Shown here: positions 48,992 through 58,506 of the stretch, piece by piece
How the letters are laid out: every line of letters starts with the position of its first letter
Position numbering within the stretch: the stretch's first letter is position 1
Virus record (IMG/VR): IMGVR_UViG_3300013772_000003
Span: 1-64,000 of that record
Direction: 5' to 3' (one strand)
DNA from: a virus
Length of the DNA: 64,000 bases
Notes under the pieces: model-generated
The model's database searches: none
Told to the model about the DNA's origin: nothing
Seen by the model: the letters and a program-made list of their open reading frames with translations, nothing else
Translations under genes and position numbers: made by a program

Positions 48992-49384
48992 CTATTTATC
49001 CGTTATAATTTTTCGACACCTCTTACACCGCATACCCACCTGTCCATTTAAACATGTGAAGTTTTTTGGCATACCAAAATACGTTCTTGAAACTTCGTCT
49101 CTGCCCAACACTTCTCCGCTTTCCTGCACGCAAAACCGCACAGCATCCCACTCATGTTTGCAAAAAACTTTGCGAAAATAATTACGCAAGAAAGGAGGAA
49201 CAAAAGCGGTTAGAATTTCCCTCCTCTTATCTCTGCGTTTCTTACTCCTGATTAACCAGTCCCTAATGTCATCCTCTCTAAACTGCTTATGCAAAATATA
49301 TATTTTGTTTTTTTTTGTTTGTTCGCTCCAATCTGGATCAAGCAAAATCGACGCTTCTAACTCTTTTCTTTGCTTTTTAGTCAT
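48992..49384 (-). CDS. Hypothetical Zn-binding protein (FCKHEW...CKRC)
   Basis: 130 aa; CxH...CxxC motif. Confidence 0.65.
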   Translation of the reverse strand: MTKKQRKELEASILLDPDWSEQTKKNKIYILHKQFREDDIRDWLIRSKKRRDKRREILTAFVPPFLRNYFRKVFCKHEWDAVRFCVQESGEVLGRDEVSRTYFGMPKNFTCLNGQVGMRCKRCRKIITDK

Positions 49385-49385
49385 G

Positions 49386-49514
49386 TTAACGCTTTATCAT
49401 GTTCATGTTGGTGAACTTTGGGTTTTCGCGAAAGGTTTTGAGCCAATCTAAGAAGTGTTTGTTACGTTGATTCGCACTTGTCTTTGCTGTTCTTTTTCGT
49501 CCTTGCTTACTCAT
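49386..49514 (-). CDS. Small basic hypothetical protein
   Basis: Likely start ATG 49514 (MSKQGRKR), fills the gap between neighbours. Confidence 0.55.
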   Translation of the reverse strand: MSKQGRKRTAKTSANQRNKHFLDWLKTFRENPKFTNMNMIKR

Positions 49515-49516
49515 AA

Positions 49517-49726
49517 CTATACCTCTAAAAGTTTCTTTGCTTCCTCGGCGTCCACCGCCTCGATAATTTCCACCACATGCTCTGCCCAAGTTTTATCGCA
49601 CATTTCCTGCTCCAATATTCCAACCAATTCTGTGGTACCCTCGGCTTTACTCCGTTCCATTTTTCCCTTCTTCCATATCCCAAACTTATGGGTTAATACT
49701 TCGATTACTTTTTCTCTATTTTTCAT
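49517..49726 (-). CDS. Hypothetical protein, paralog of 49728-49940
   Basis: 69 aa; MKNREKVIEVLT...EAKKLLEV. Confidence 0.75.
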   Translation of the reverse strand: MKNREKVIEVLTHKFGIWKKGKMERSKAEGTTELVGILEQEMCDKTWAEHVVEIIEAVDAEEAKKLLEV

Positions 49727-49727
49727 A

Positions 49728-49940
49728 TTATACTTCTGTTAGTTTTTTAGCTTCCTGCGCGTCTATCATTCCAATAATGTCCACGACACTCCTCGCCAAA
49801 TCTTCATGGGTCAAGGTGGGTTGGTCTAATATTCCAATGGTTTGCGTAGCACCGTCCTCCATCTGTTGCACTATTTTTCCCTCTCGCCACATCTTAAACT
49901 GGCGAGTTAATGCTTCAACAACTACTTCTTTGTTTTTCAT
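49728..49940 (-). CDS. Hypothetical protein, paralog of 49517-49726
   Basis: 70 aa; MKNKEVVVEALT...EAKKLTEV. Confidence 0.75.
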   Translation of the reverse strand: MKNKEVVVEALTRQFKMWREGKIVQQMEDGATQTIGILDQPTLTHEDLARSVVDIIGMIDAQEAKKLTEV

Positions 49941-49942
49941 AT

Positions 49943-50287
49943 CTATTCGTTTTTAATTCCGGTCTTCTCTCTGAATTTCTTTTCCTGTTCCTCTGTCAAC
50001 TCTGCATCCCATAAAGGAAATCTACCTTGGTCTTTAAGCGTACAATAACTGCTCAAGCTCCGGCTTTTAAATTTTATTCTGCATCCGCATCCTGCACAAG
50101 TGGGCGCTCCCGGTACCACAGCTATAGGAGAAGTACCCTCTTTATCATAAAGCCCGCAAGCATTGCTTTCACAGAGCTTAGTCCTCTTTTCTGCTATCGT
50201 CTCCACATAGCTGTTCGGAAACCAAGTGTACCGAATCCCTTCGGCTATTTTCCATCTGTTCTTCCAAATATTTAATAATTTTTTCAT
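49943..50287 (-). CDS. Zn-finger protein of the crAss-like packaging region
   Basis: R..LC...C...CAGCGCRIKFKSRS...C...W. Confidence 0.7.
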   Translation of the reverse strand: MKKLLNIWKNRWKIAEGIRYTWFPNSYVETIAEKRTKLCESNACGLYDKEGTSPIAVVPGAPTCAGCGCRIKFKSRSLSSYCTLKDQGRFPLWDAELTEEQEKKFREKTGIKNE

Positions 50288-50711
50288 CTACTGTTCCTTT
50301 CTCTTTTAATTGCTTCAAGTATTCAGGATAATGTTCCTCCCGCATCTCGTTCTGTTTTTTTCTTATGTCCGCTTTTTTCTTATGTTCCTGTTGGAATACA
50401 TTATAAATCGCCTCTACTCTGTTAAACTCCTCCCTGTACTTATTACATACTGCCTGTTTTTTTACGCTGCCTCCGTGATTCTGAGTAGCCTTAATCCGCT
50501 TTCGCAAAGACAATAATCTCTTTTCCAACCTCCAATGCTTCAGGTAGAATGTTCCAAGCCCGGGCATCTCAAGCTTCGTCCTCTCCAACTTCGCCATTTC
50601 CTTCCGGTAATATTTCCAATACCAAAGAACCAACACCTTAACCTCGGACTCAGGCAGCGACAGTTGCTCTGCTGTCTGTTTTACTATTTTTGTCCAGTGC
50701 GTCGGCTTCAA
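50178..50711 (-). CDS. IHF/HU-like DNA-binding protein
   Basis: AEQLSLPESEV...LEMPGLGTFYLK HU-type signature; start uncertain. Confidence 0.7.
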   Translation of the reverse strand: MKPTHWTKIVKQTAEQLSLPESEVKVLVLWYWKYYRKEMAKLERTKLEMPGLGTFYLKHWRLEKRLLSLRKRIKATQNHGGSVKKQAVCNKYREEFNRVEAIYNVFQQEHKKKADIRKKQNEMREEHYPEYLKQLKEKGTVDEKIIKYLEEQMENSRRDSVHLVSEQLCGDDSRKED

Positions 50712-51060
50712 GTCTGATTATTTTATACTTCAACAAGATATTCCCAGATGTCTGTATTCCCAACTCAGGATTCAGGGATATTCTCTTTTTTCCCGCACCC
50801 TCTTTTATACATAATTTACTTTTCTCGATCCGTGACAAACAGTTGTTTACTGCGGAAGGGCTTCCCATCACCTTCAATTCAGATGCCAACGCGCAGAACT
50901 CAGTCAAACGCATCTTTCCTCGGCAACCCAAAAGCGCCAAACACTCCAGTTCCGTCGCATTTAAAACAACCTTATGTAAAAAGCAATACACAACGATTTG
51001 TAGCTTTACAATATCATTCAAATCATGACGGATGGTTTTATCTACCTGATTAAATACCAC
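50650..51060 (-). CDS. Winged-helix DNA-binding protein
   Basis: 136 aa; LNATELECLALL...SPSAVNNCLSRIEKSKL...ISLNP. Confidence 0.6.
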   Translation of the reverse strand: MVFNQVDKTIRHDLNDIVKLQIVVYCFLHKVVLNATELECLALLGCRGKMRLTEFCALASELKVMGSPSAVNNCLSRIEKSKLCIKEGAGKKRISLNPELGIQTSGNILLKYKIIRLEADALDKNSKTDSRATVAA

Positions 51061-51296
51061 TACGCTGGTTTCTTAGGATTATCCGCAGGTTCTTCTTTTT
51101 GGGAAGATTCGAACTCCGCCATTTTAGCTTTCACTAATTTGCGGTTCAAAATGTGAGAGTCAATTTTAAATTGTAACGCCACTAACTCCTCCTGCTTACG
51201 AAGCAAAGGAAGTTGCGCATCGCAAAACGCATCAAGGTTCTTAGCGTATTCGTCTAAAGTGTCTTTTGTTGGTTGTTGTTCTATTATTTCTGACAT
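51060..51296 (-). CDS. Small coiled-coil protein
   Basis: Likely start ATG 51296 preceded by AACCAACTCC; promoter TATTTTTG at 51315-51322. Confidence 0.65.
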   Translation of the reverse strand: MSEIIEQQPTKDTLDEYAKNLDAFCDAQLPLLRKQEELVALQFKIDSHILNRKLVKAKMAEFESSQKEEPADNPKKPA

Positions 51297-51384
51297 GGAG
51301 TTGGTTTTATGTCCCAAAAATAATAAACAATGTGTTATTGTTAGAAAAAAGTTTTTAACAACGTGTTTTTATGCAGAAAATAAA

Positions 51385-51417
51385 AACAAAAAACACCAGC
51401 TATGGAGGCGACGTTTC
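51385..51417 (-). terminator. Weak intrinsic terminator after endolysin
   Basis: ACGUC-GC[CUCCAUA]GC-U-GGUGU-UUUUUGUUUUU. Confidence 0.45.
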
Positions 51418-51511
51418 TATATTTTCATTGGGAAACCCTAAAATAACCTAAGAAACATTTTTAATTCCTACACAAATAAATATTTTTAGTGTAATTGTGT
51501 AGAAAATATTT

Positions 51512-52111
51512 TTAGGACAAATGTGCTGGGTTGACTTTCGAAACATCCACATGTCCCGTAATTCCGGGTACAGTTGCTGCATCTGAGTATTGCCACCAAT
51601 ACCAATCCGGAAGTCCTACCGGCACTTTAGGCGCAGCTCCGTTGTTGTACTCGGCGATCCAAATCTTGATGTTGGGAAAATCAGCAGCTACAAAATGTTC
51701 CGATTCAAAAAATGCTAATCCGGAATACAACATCAGATTTGTTTTTCCTGCTTCCCTAAGCACGTTAAAGAACGTCTTAGCCCACAAAATCACCTGTGCC
51801 GGCGGAAGATTCATCTTGTTTGTTTCGATGTCCAAGGCTAATGGGAGTTTTGTTTCAGGAATATTAGACAGGCTTGCTATAAAGTAATTTGCCTCCGCAG
51901 TTGCGTCTGTTACTACGTCAGGAACATTTAGTGTTGCAAAGTGATACGCGCCAAAATCTATACCAAGCAAATGACACTGGGTTGCGTTATACACGAACTT
52001 ACTGTCCATACAGCCCACACCTTCGTTTGCTTTCAGCATTGCTCCTAATATAGCAGGCTTTACCTTACTCCACACTACGTTGGAATTGTTTGAAGAAATA
52101 TCTATGATCAT
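51512..52111 (-). CDS. Endolysin, glycoside hydrolase family 25 lysozyme
   Basis: IDISSNN, KANEG, GAYHFA, LALDIE, WIAEY, WQYS...G.VD motifs. Confidence 0.93.
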   Translation of the reverse strand: MIIDISSNNSNVVWSKVKPAILGAMLKANEGVGCMDSKFVYNATQCHLLGIDFGAYHFATLNVPDVVTDATAEANYFIASLSNIPETKLPLALDIETNKMNLPPAQVILWAKTFFNVLREAGKTNLMLYSGLAFFESEHFVAADFPNIKIWIAEYNNGAAPKVPVGLPDWYWWQYSDAATVPGITGHVDVSKVNPAHLS

Positions 52112-52116
52112 TTTGT

Positions 52117-52386
52117 TTAATTATGGTTTAAAAGCTTTTCAATAATCCACACAATTGCGGTGCCTATGACGCCCCCTATTGTGCCAATTATTCCTATCTT
52201 CGCCTTCTTAATCGCCTGCGTTGTTTCATACGTGGAGATAAAACTATCTAATTTGGACTGAATTTGTGCCACCTGAGCAACCAAACCCTTCTTACCGGTG
52301 CCTTCATCATTATGAAGATACATAAGTATCTTATTAACATTATCTTTCAAGTATTCAATATCTCTTTCTGACATAACCTTAGACAT
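52117..52386 (-). CDS. Putative holin/antiholin (coiled coil + C-terminal TM helix)
   Basis: IGIIGTIGGVIGTAIVWII helix; directly upstream of endolysin. Confidence 0.55.
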   Translation of the reverse strand: MSKVMSERDIEYLKDNVNKILMYLHNDEGTGKKGLVAQVAQIQSKLDSFISTYETTQAIKKAKIGIIGTIGGVIGTAIVWIIEKLLNHN

Positions 52387-53527
52387 TCGAATTGTTTATC
52401 TTTTGTAACTCTTTATCATACCATTTATCTGCTCGAACTTTTTCCAAATATACTTTCTTTTTTTCTAAATAATCGACAGAGGTCTGGTTTGTTTTCAGCT
52501 CAATTGCTGCGCGATATGCCTGCTTCTTCTTTGCTAATTCTAAATCACTCTCTACAACAGAGGAGTTAACCACGGCATCCTGCTGCACAAATTCCGCCAA
52601 AGCTTGTTCATAAATTTTATTGTTACTCATCGCCTTAACCAGCACGGGAGAAACCTCTATAAGGATAAACAACATGGTAATGAAATTATCTGCCAAATTC
52701 ACCGTATCACTGCTCTCTTTTAAAACAGAAAGCGCTCTAAGTCGCATAAGTAAATCTGGTTGTTCAGGAAATATTATCTTTTTTGTGCTGTCCATTTCCC
52801 GCAATTGCTTCTGCAATCCGGAAATCCTTTCTGCGTTGTATTGTTCGTATGTACGAGTTTGGGCAACCAACTCCTGTCTACGTGTAGAAATCTCAGACGC
52901 TATTTTTGACAATAGTACTCGACTTTTTTGTAATTGTGCTGCAAATGTATTTACCGTGTCTCTTTTTGCTTTATATAAAAGCACTGCGTGGGCTACAGTT
53001 ACAGACTTCTCACGGACCACAAGCTCCTTTAATATTGCGTCCTCAGAATGCCCAATTGCTTTTTTATCTTGATCAATAAGCCGTATAAGATCCTGCTTGT
53101 TCCTATTAAACCGGTCTTCTTCTGTGTTCTTCCGCGCTTGTTGCTCCTGTTGTATTGTTTCTTTAACAGAGACCTCAAACAATTTCAGTTCAAGAGGTTT
53201 TGATATTGTGATCGCCAACACTAAGCTGATTAAAATCCGAGGAAGTACTGAGAAAATTTTGTTCAATAATTTGGTTCCTGTGAACGCAGTAGCTACAATA
53301 TACCGGTCCAAATTAAAAATAAGGCTTCCCCACAACACCCCAAAAAGGACAGAATAAAAAGGATTACCAAATACAAAGTAAAGAGCATATCCGCCGGAAA
53401 CACACGCCAACAGAGCTGTCAGGAAGACAGAAAGTCCCACACTAACCGCCTTGGTTGTTTCTGTAGGACATTTTTCTAAAACGCGCTTATCTACTCCACT
53501 ACAAAATATGATAAACCGTTTGAACAT
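52379..53527 (-). CDS. DUF4407-like membrane protein (TM helices + coiled coil)
   Basis: FCSGVD, LWGSLIFNLDRYIV, PRILISLVLAITISKPLELKLF, IEVSPVLVK. Confidence 0.75.
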   Translation of the reverse strand: MFKRFIIFCSGVDKRVLEKCPTETTKAVSVGLSVFLTALLACVSGGYALYFVFGNPFYSVLFGVLWGSLIFNLDRYIVATAFTGTKLLNKIFSVLPRILISLVLAITISKPLELKLFEVSVKETIQQEQQARKNTEEDRFNRNKQDLIRLIDQDKKAIGHSEDAILKELVVREKSVTVAHAVLLYKAKRDTVNTFAAQLQKSRVLLSKIASEISTRRQELVAQTRTYEQYNAERISGLQKQLREMDSTKKIIFPEQPDLLMRLRALSVLKESSDTVNLADNFITMLFILIEVSPVLVKAMSNNKIYEQALAEFVQQDAVVNSSVVESDLELAKKKQAYRAAIELKTNQTSVDYLEKKKVYLEKVRADKWYDKELQKINNSNV

Positions 53528-53529
53528 TT

Positions 53530-53808
53530 TTATTCTTGTTTTTCACAGGCATCCAAAGTCTCCAACATCTGAGCCTTTGCCGCAATAGTTAAAGTGGAAT
53601 GTTCATTTATAAACTCCACCAAATTTTTTAAATCCGATTTGTCCAGCGTTACCTCTTTATTATCGTAAAAAGACTGTGCCCATCCGAAAAATTTAAGAGC
53701 GTCACCCTTTGCAGCGTTAGCTAATTGTTCTGCAAGAACTTTTCCCATAGGAGCTATAGGTGTTTTATCCAAGCCTAAAATGTCTTTGTTTAAATTTATC
53801 TTTATCAT
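53530..53808 (-). CDS. Putative tail-fibre assembly chaperone
   Basis: 92 aa helical; EVTLDKSDLKNL resembles QIDLEENEYDLL of 56765-57115. Confidence 0.45.
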   Translation of the reverse strand: MIKINLNKDILGLDKTPIAPMGKVLAEQLANAAKGDALKFFGWAQSFYDNKEVTLDKSDLKNLVEFINEHSTLTIAAKAQMLETLDACEKQE

Positions 53809-53830
53809 AGTTGGTTTTTTACAAATATAA

Positions 53831-54292
53831 TCATTTTTGATTTAATTCTTTTAGGTAGGCGTTTATGGAGTGATGAACTCCGAGCGTTTTGGAAAGCGCC
53901 CATGTAAGCCACTTACCGTCTTTATTCAACTTTCCCTCCACTTCCTGTTGTCCGGTAGCTGCGGAAATAGTAATATTACCTTTTCCATAAAGCGTGTCCC
54001 TTTGATCTGTAACCAATCGCTCAATTAGTTTTCCCCCGGCAGCATTACCAATAAGATCCTCTCCAATAGCAACATGTAACATTAAATATTTAAGGGCATT
54101 CCACACTTGGTAGATTAATTTTAACCAATACTCTATGAAGTGCCCAATACCAAGATAAAATCTTACTTGAAATACTTTAATAATAGAACAAAACAGGTTG
54201 TAGATAATCCCAACTAAAATAATGATTCCAAAAACAATTGTTCCAGATAACAGCAATAATATCGGGGTGATTTCTTTCAGCAGCAATTTCAT
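53831..54292 (-). CDS. Membrane protein
   Basis: N-terminal TM; DLIGN...G....TIS...G...L...H motif. Confidence 0.6.
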   Translation of the reverse strand: MKLLLKEITPILLLLSGTIVFGIIILVGIIYNLFCSIIKVFQVRFYLGIGHFIEYWLKLIYQVWNALKYLMLHVAIGEDLIGNAAGGKLIERLVTDQRDTLYGKGNITISAATGQQEVEGKLNKDGKWLTWALSKTLGVHHSINAYLKELNQK

Positions 54293-54525
54293 TAATTATT
54301 AGGATAATTAGCGGCAATAAAATCTAAGGCAGCCTGATTTAGTATTGCCTTATCCGCATCAATACTTGTTGAGGTTGTTAGCGGCACATCAAACGTATCT
54401 GTCTTTACAAACCCGTGAGTGTCGCCATCTATACCGGTTACAACGGAAATTTTTTGAGTGCCTGTACCATCGAGATTATCTTTAAATTGCCCTTCTAAGA
54501 TTAGATTAATTAAAATGTATTTCAT
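54292..54525 (-). CDS. Tail-fibre partner protein, paralog of 57125-57364
   Basis: Start ATG 54525; DNLDG...QAALDFIAANYPN. Confidence 0.65.
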   Translation of the reverse strand: MKYILINLILEGQFKDNLDGTGTQKISVVTGIDGDTHGFVKTDTFDVPLTTSTSIDADKAILNQAALDFIAANYPNN

Positions 54526-54538
54526 GTTGTTTGTTTTT

Positions 54539-56749
54539 TTATTGTGATTGAAACCAAGCATTAGGTGTTGAACAGTAAACGAAATTAGCTGCCGAATTTG
54601 TTCCGGTTGTTAAAATAGTCCCGTTAATAGTTGCAGCCCCAGTACCCGATTGTAAAGTTATTGCGGTAATTATTTGTGAAATTGCTATTCCAAACACCTG
54701 CCCGTTTACCGGATTGGGAGGAAAAGTAATTGTAAGTGCCGCTAATGTACCGGCAGGGTTACACACTAATTGTGATACCTGCTGCGTTGCTGTTACCGTA
54801 GCAGATGTTACGGGCGTAGTATATTGAACGCTGTTAGCGGCTATCGGAAATCTACCTACCGTAGTGTTTGGAGTAATATAAAAATTTGTACCATCCGGCT
54901 CTATCGTTAATGCTTCTGCGACCGTAGTCAAAGTCCCTGCCGTAAATTTTAAAGGAGCCGTACCTGCGCTTGCTGTTCCTGCTGCTAAATGAAGTAAGGC
55001 GGTCGGTGCAGTTGTAGCCCCTCCTAAATAAGTACTACCTGTATGCTGAACATTACCTACTATACCCAATCCCCACGCCCTTGTAATTGTAGCATTAGTA
55101 CCTGCTGTGGGTGCGCCATTAATGTATTGGGTAAAAGCATCTGATATTGTACTTGCTGCAACAAAAGCATGAGGACGCGCTTTTATTAAGAAGTCGTTGT
55201 TTTGTGTTATAGCCCCCGTGTTATGTGTTTGAGTACTTGAAAAATCAAAAAACACAGCATTATTATCAGTAGATGCTGTACTACCAGTATTTAAACCTGG
55301 TTTTACTTTAAATGTAGGAACTGCACCAGTTGTTTGAGCAACAGTTGATAAATCTAACCAACCAAGACCCATGGTCATTGTTGAATTATTACTATTTATT
55401 CTCCAAACAAAATTACTTGCTGCCCTCATATAATAAGCACCACCTGAATAGAAAATATAATCAGTTGTTTGAGCGCCCGGATATAAATAAGACCCATAAT
55501 TAATGTTATGACTTGCATCTGTTTTTAACCCTGTGCTTGTTGTTATTTGATCCGCATCATTATAATAAGGTATTTGATATTGTGCTGATGTTCCTGTTTT
55601 ACCTACTAACGTAGTAGCCACAGGTGGTAAAGTTGTTATAACAGATGCTTGTTGTGCAAAGGTTGTATTAAATGCCCCTGTAGTAGCTAAATTACCCGCA
55701 AGTGTAAGTGTATTACTTCCGTTATTAACCCCCGTACCTCCGTAAGTAGGACTAATAAGAGTACCGTTCCAAGTTCCTGTAGTAATTACCCCTGTATTTG
55801 CAGTTACTACTAATCCGTTAAGGCTTGTAACTCCGGTAAGAGCCCCTAAAGTCAAGGTGATTGCCGGTGTTGTAGAGGCATTTGCGACCGATCCGCTTAC
55901 TCCCTGATTAGTTACTACGGACACAGTAGTCACACTACCAGACCCCGCAGCAGCCCAACTTGTATTCGTCCCATCTGTGGTCAAGAACAGTCCACCAAAA
56001 GTAGCCTGTGAAGGAGCTAACGCATTAAAAGCATTGTTTGCTGTGGTTTGCCCGGTTCCTCCGTTTGTAATGCCTAAAGTGCCGGTAATAGTAGAGGTAC
56101 TTAATGCTACCGTAAACCCGGCGCCCGTAGCTCCCGAAGTTAACGTGCCGACCCCTACCAACGACGGCAAAGAAGTTACCGCCGTAGTAACTAATGTTCC
56201 TGTTGTTGGTAATGTAATGTTGGTTGTACCGGTTGTGGTAAGAGTAACTCCGAATTCTCCTGAGACAAGAACGGGATTCACAGCTATAGTCTCTATTATA
56301 TTATTATATGTAAGGTTACTCAGGTAAATCCCTTTTATCTCTACGGAATAAATTAATGCTACAAACGCATCAGTATACACTCCGGAAGTGGTCCACGCAC
56401 CGGTAAGTGTATTAAGAGTTGCTGTAACTATCGTGCCTCCCGCTGTAGTAGGGCTTTGAAACGTCGGCTTATTGCTGCCATCAATCTTCGAAAGAACGCA
56501 ATTACCCGCGAGACCAAACTCATCCGCGTTAATGGTTGCTTGGGCTGGGAGGGTAAGGGTGCCGCTTGCTCCTGACACAACCTCATAATATGTAATCTTG
56601 TACTCATTGTTTTTTAGTGTTGTGACGTCTACGCTTACTGCGTTAACATCTGTCATAGTAGCAAAAACATTAGCAATGCTGGGACTATTAGCGCCATCTA
56701 ATGCCTGTACAATCTCTGTTGAGAATATCTGCCTTAATTCTACTCCCAT
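54539..56749 (-). CDS. Tail fibre protein
   Basis: 736 aa T/G/A-rich; GGTG repeats, PTALLHLAAGTASAGTAPLKF fibre motif. Confidence 0.85.
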   Translation of the reverse strand: MGVELRQIFSTEIVQALDGANSPSIANVFATMTDVNAVSVDVTTLKNNEYKITYYEVVSGASGTLTLPAQATINADEFGLAGNCVLSKIDGSNKPTFQSPTTAGGTIVTATLNTLTGAWTTSGVYTDAFVALIYSVEIKGIYLSNLTYNNIIETIAVNPVLVSGEFGVTLTTTGTTNITLPTTGTLVTTAVTSLPSLVGVGTLTSGATGAGFTVALSTSTITGTLGITNGGTGQTTANNAFNALAPSQATFGGLFLTTDGTNTSWAAAGSGSVTTVSVVTNQGVSGSVANASTTPAITLTLGALTGVTSLNGLVVTANTGVITTGTWNGTLISPTYGGTGVNNGSNTLTLAGNLATTGAFNTTFAQQASVITTLPPVATTLVGKTGTSAQYQIPYYNDADQITTSTGLKTDASHNINYGSYLYPGAQTTDYIFYSGGAYYMRAASNFVWRINSNNSTMTMGLGWLDLSTVAQTTGAVPTFKVKPGLNTGSTASTDNNAVFFDFSSTQTHNTGAITQNNDFLIKARPHAFVAASTISDAFTQYINGAPTAGTNATITRAWGLGIVGNVQHTGSTYLGGATTAPTALLHLAAGTASAGTAPLKFTAGTLTTVAEALTIEPDGTNFYITPNTTVGRFPIAANSVQYTTPVTSATVTATQQVSQLVCNPAGTLAALTITFPPNPVNGQVFGIAISQIITAITLQSGTGAATINGTILTTGTNSAANFVYCSTPNAWFQSQ

Positions 56750-56764
56750 CTCTTTAAACGTATA

Positions 56765-57115
56765 TTATTTCTTCAATACCGAGTCCAAGTAACTCATAAA
56801 CTCAAATGCTTCTTTGGATGTAGAGTTGATGATAACATTTTCCTCAACACATTTTTTCAGGAGATCGTACTCGTTCTCCTCCAAATCAATCTGACCTGAA
56901 GCATTTTTTAGTTTGTCTATAAGTTCTAACCGTTTTCCTAACTCAGAAGTACCTGCCTTATTCCAGCCTCCGGACGGAGCAGACTCTGCCGCAAGAACAA
57001 ATAAACTAAAATAAGAAGTGGTGTCGGAAGCTTGTTCTGCCTGCGTAATAGATCCTTTGTCCCAAATGATTTTTTTGTTTGGAAAAATAATTTCTTTGTC
57101 TACAATGTTTCTCAT
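56765..57115 (-). CDS. Putative tail-fibre assembly chaperone
   Basis: 116 aa helical, in fibre cassette. Confidence 0.45.
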   Translation of the reverse strand: MRNIVDKEIIFPNKKIIWDKGSITQAEQASDTTSYFSLFVLAAESAPSGGWNKAGTSELGKRLELIDKLKNASGQIDLEENEYDLLKKCVEENVIINSTSKEAFEFMSYLDSVLKK

Positions 57116-57124
57116 ACTTGTTGG

Positions 57125-57364
57125 TTATATATTGGGATAATGAGCTGTTATGTATGCCTGTGCAGCAGCTTGCAATTTTGTATCAATCTCAACTTGTGAA
57201 TCAGTTTTTAAAAAGTTGAAGGTGCTTAACTGTTTAGAATAAAAGTCAGAATAAGCATTTCCAACTATATTCGAAATTACCACTATCTGCCAATCGCGAC
57301 TTACTCCATCTTTGTTGTCTACAGGAGCACCAACTACATTTGCATCTTTTAATTCGTAGGTCAT
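57125..57364 (-). CDS. Tail-fibre partner protein
   Basis: 79 aa; DNKDG...QAAAQAYITAHYPN. Confidence 0.65.
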   Translation of the reverse strand: MTYELKDANVVGAPVDNKDGVSRDWQIVVISNIVGNAYSDFYSKQLSTFNFLKTDSQVEIDTKLQAAAQAYITAHYPNI

Positions 57365-57381
57365 ATTATTTGTTTTTTAAA

Positions 57382-58500
57382 TTATACTATTGATAATACC
57401 CCAAGATTATTCCAAACATCCCCCGTTACTAATCCCGCAGAAGAAACCGGTAAATTTCCTATGTTTAATGTTGAGGTGGATGTGGCTGCGTTACCGCCAA
57501 TACCTACGTTTGCATTAAATCTAAGTCTTTGGTTTCCCAAGGATGCGTCAGATGTTCCTACAATTAATGAGTTAGTTAATTCATTTGCTGCAGTTGTCCT
57601 TGCCCTATTATCAATAAACAACATATAGTTTGCCGCAGTTTGATTTAAACCAGAGTAACTTCCAAGAAAAATATTATTACTTCCATTGTTAGAATTACCC
57701 GCTGCGTATCCTGCGGCAAAATTCAAATCACCGTTTGAAGTCGATAACCCTGAGGTTGGAGTAATGACTACATTATAGCTTCCCGTTGTATTAGTATTAA
57801 AAGAATTAGTACCAATAATTATATTTAATGAACCTGATGTATTTGCAGTTGCTGAATTACTACCAAATACCTGATTATTAGAACCTGCTCCGTTTGATGT
57901 TAGCAACCTATTACCAACAGCCGTGTTTTCATTTCCAGTAACACTTCCCACCAACACAGAATACCCAACAGCAGTGTTATCTGCACCAGATGTTAGTGAT
58001 TTAAGTGATAAATATCCCACAGCAGTATTGGCTTGACCAGTTGTTGTAGACTGTAAACAATTTACTCCCAATACAGTGTTATTGCCAAACAATCCAGCAC
58101 CTCTACCAATAGTCATGTCCATCAACAAAGTATACCCATCATTTCTAACAGAAAACAAGTTAGCCGTTACACTGTCTTGTGCTACAAAAGCATAATTAAC
58201 TGACCCAAAATCTAAACCTGCTACACGAAGTCTTGCAAACGCATTCGGAACATAACCAATTCCTACATTACCTACCGCGCTAATTCGCACTCTCTCGACA
58301 TTATTGGTTACAATAGGAAAATCAAAATTGTCGTTTGTACCTATGTATTGTTCTGAGCCATTAGTGTTCCCGTTTAAATCCCACGCGGACCCCACCGGTA
58401 TATCAGCAAGTGTGGCAAAAGGATTTCCTAATGTAGGAGTGTGTGCCTGTTCTAAGGCTTGAACAATATCTGTCGAAAATAATTGTCTTTCTATTACCAT
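57382..58500 (-). CDS. Tail fibre/adhesin with ~17-aa NTAVG beta-roll repeats
   Basis: WDLNGN...IGT.DN, ERVRI...GNVGIG, repeated NT(A/V)(V/L)G, GDVWNNLGVLSIV end. Confidence 0.85.
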   Translation of the reverse strand: MVIERQLFSTDIVQALEQAHTPTLGNPFATLADIPVGSAWDLNGNTNGSEQYIGTNDNFDFPIVTNNVERVRISAVGNVGIGYVPNAFARLRVAGLDFGSVNYAFVAQDSVTANLFSVRNDGYTLLMDMTIGRGAGLFGNNTVLGVNCLQSTTTGQANTAVGYLSLKSLTSGADNTAVGYSVLVGSVTGNENTAVGNRLLTSNGAGSNNQVFGSNSATANTSGSLNIIIGTNSFNTNTTGSYNVVITPTSGLSTSNGDLNFAAGYAAGNSNNGSNNIFLGSYSGLNQTAANYMLFIDNRARTTAANELTNSLIVGTSDASLGNQRLRFNANVGIGGNAATSTSTLNIGNLPVSSAGLVTGDVWNNLGVLSIV

Positions 58501-58506
58501 GACGTA

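Noticed and set aside
54539-58500. Diversity-generating retroelement or invertible cassette acting on tail fibres
   Set aside because: No reverse transcriptase, recombinase or TR/VR nucleotide repeat seen in the window.
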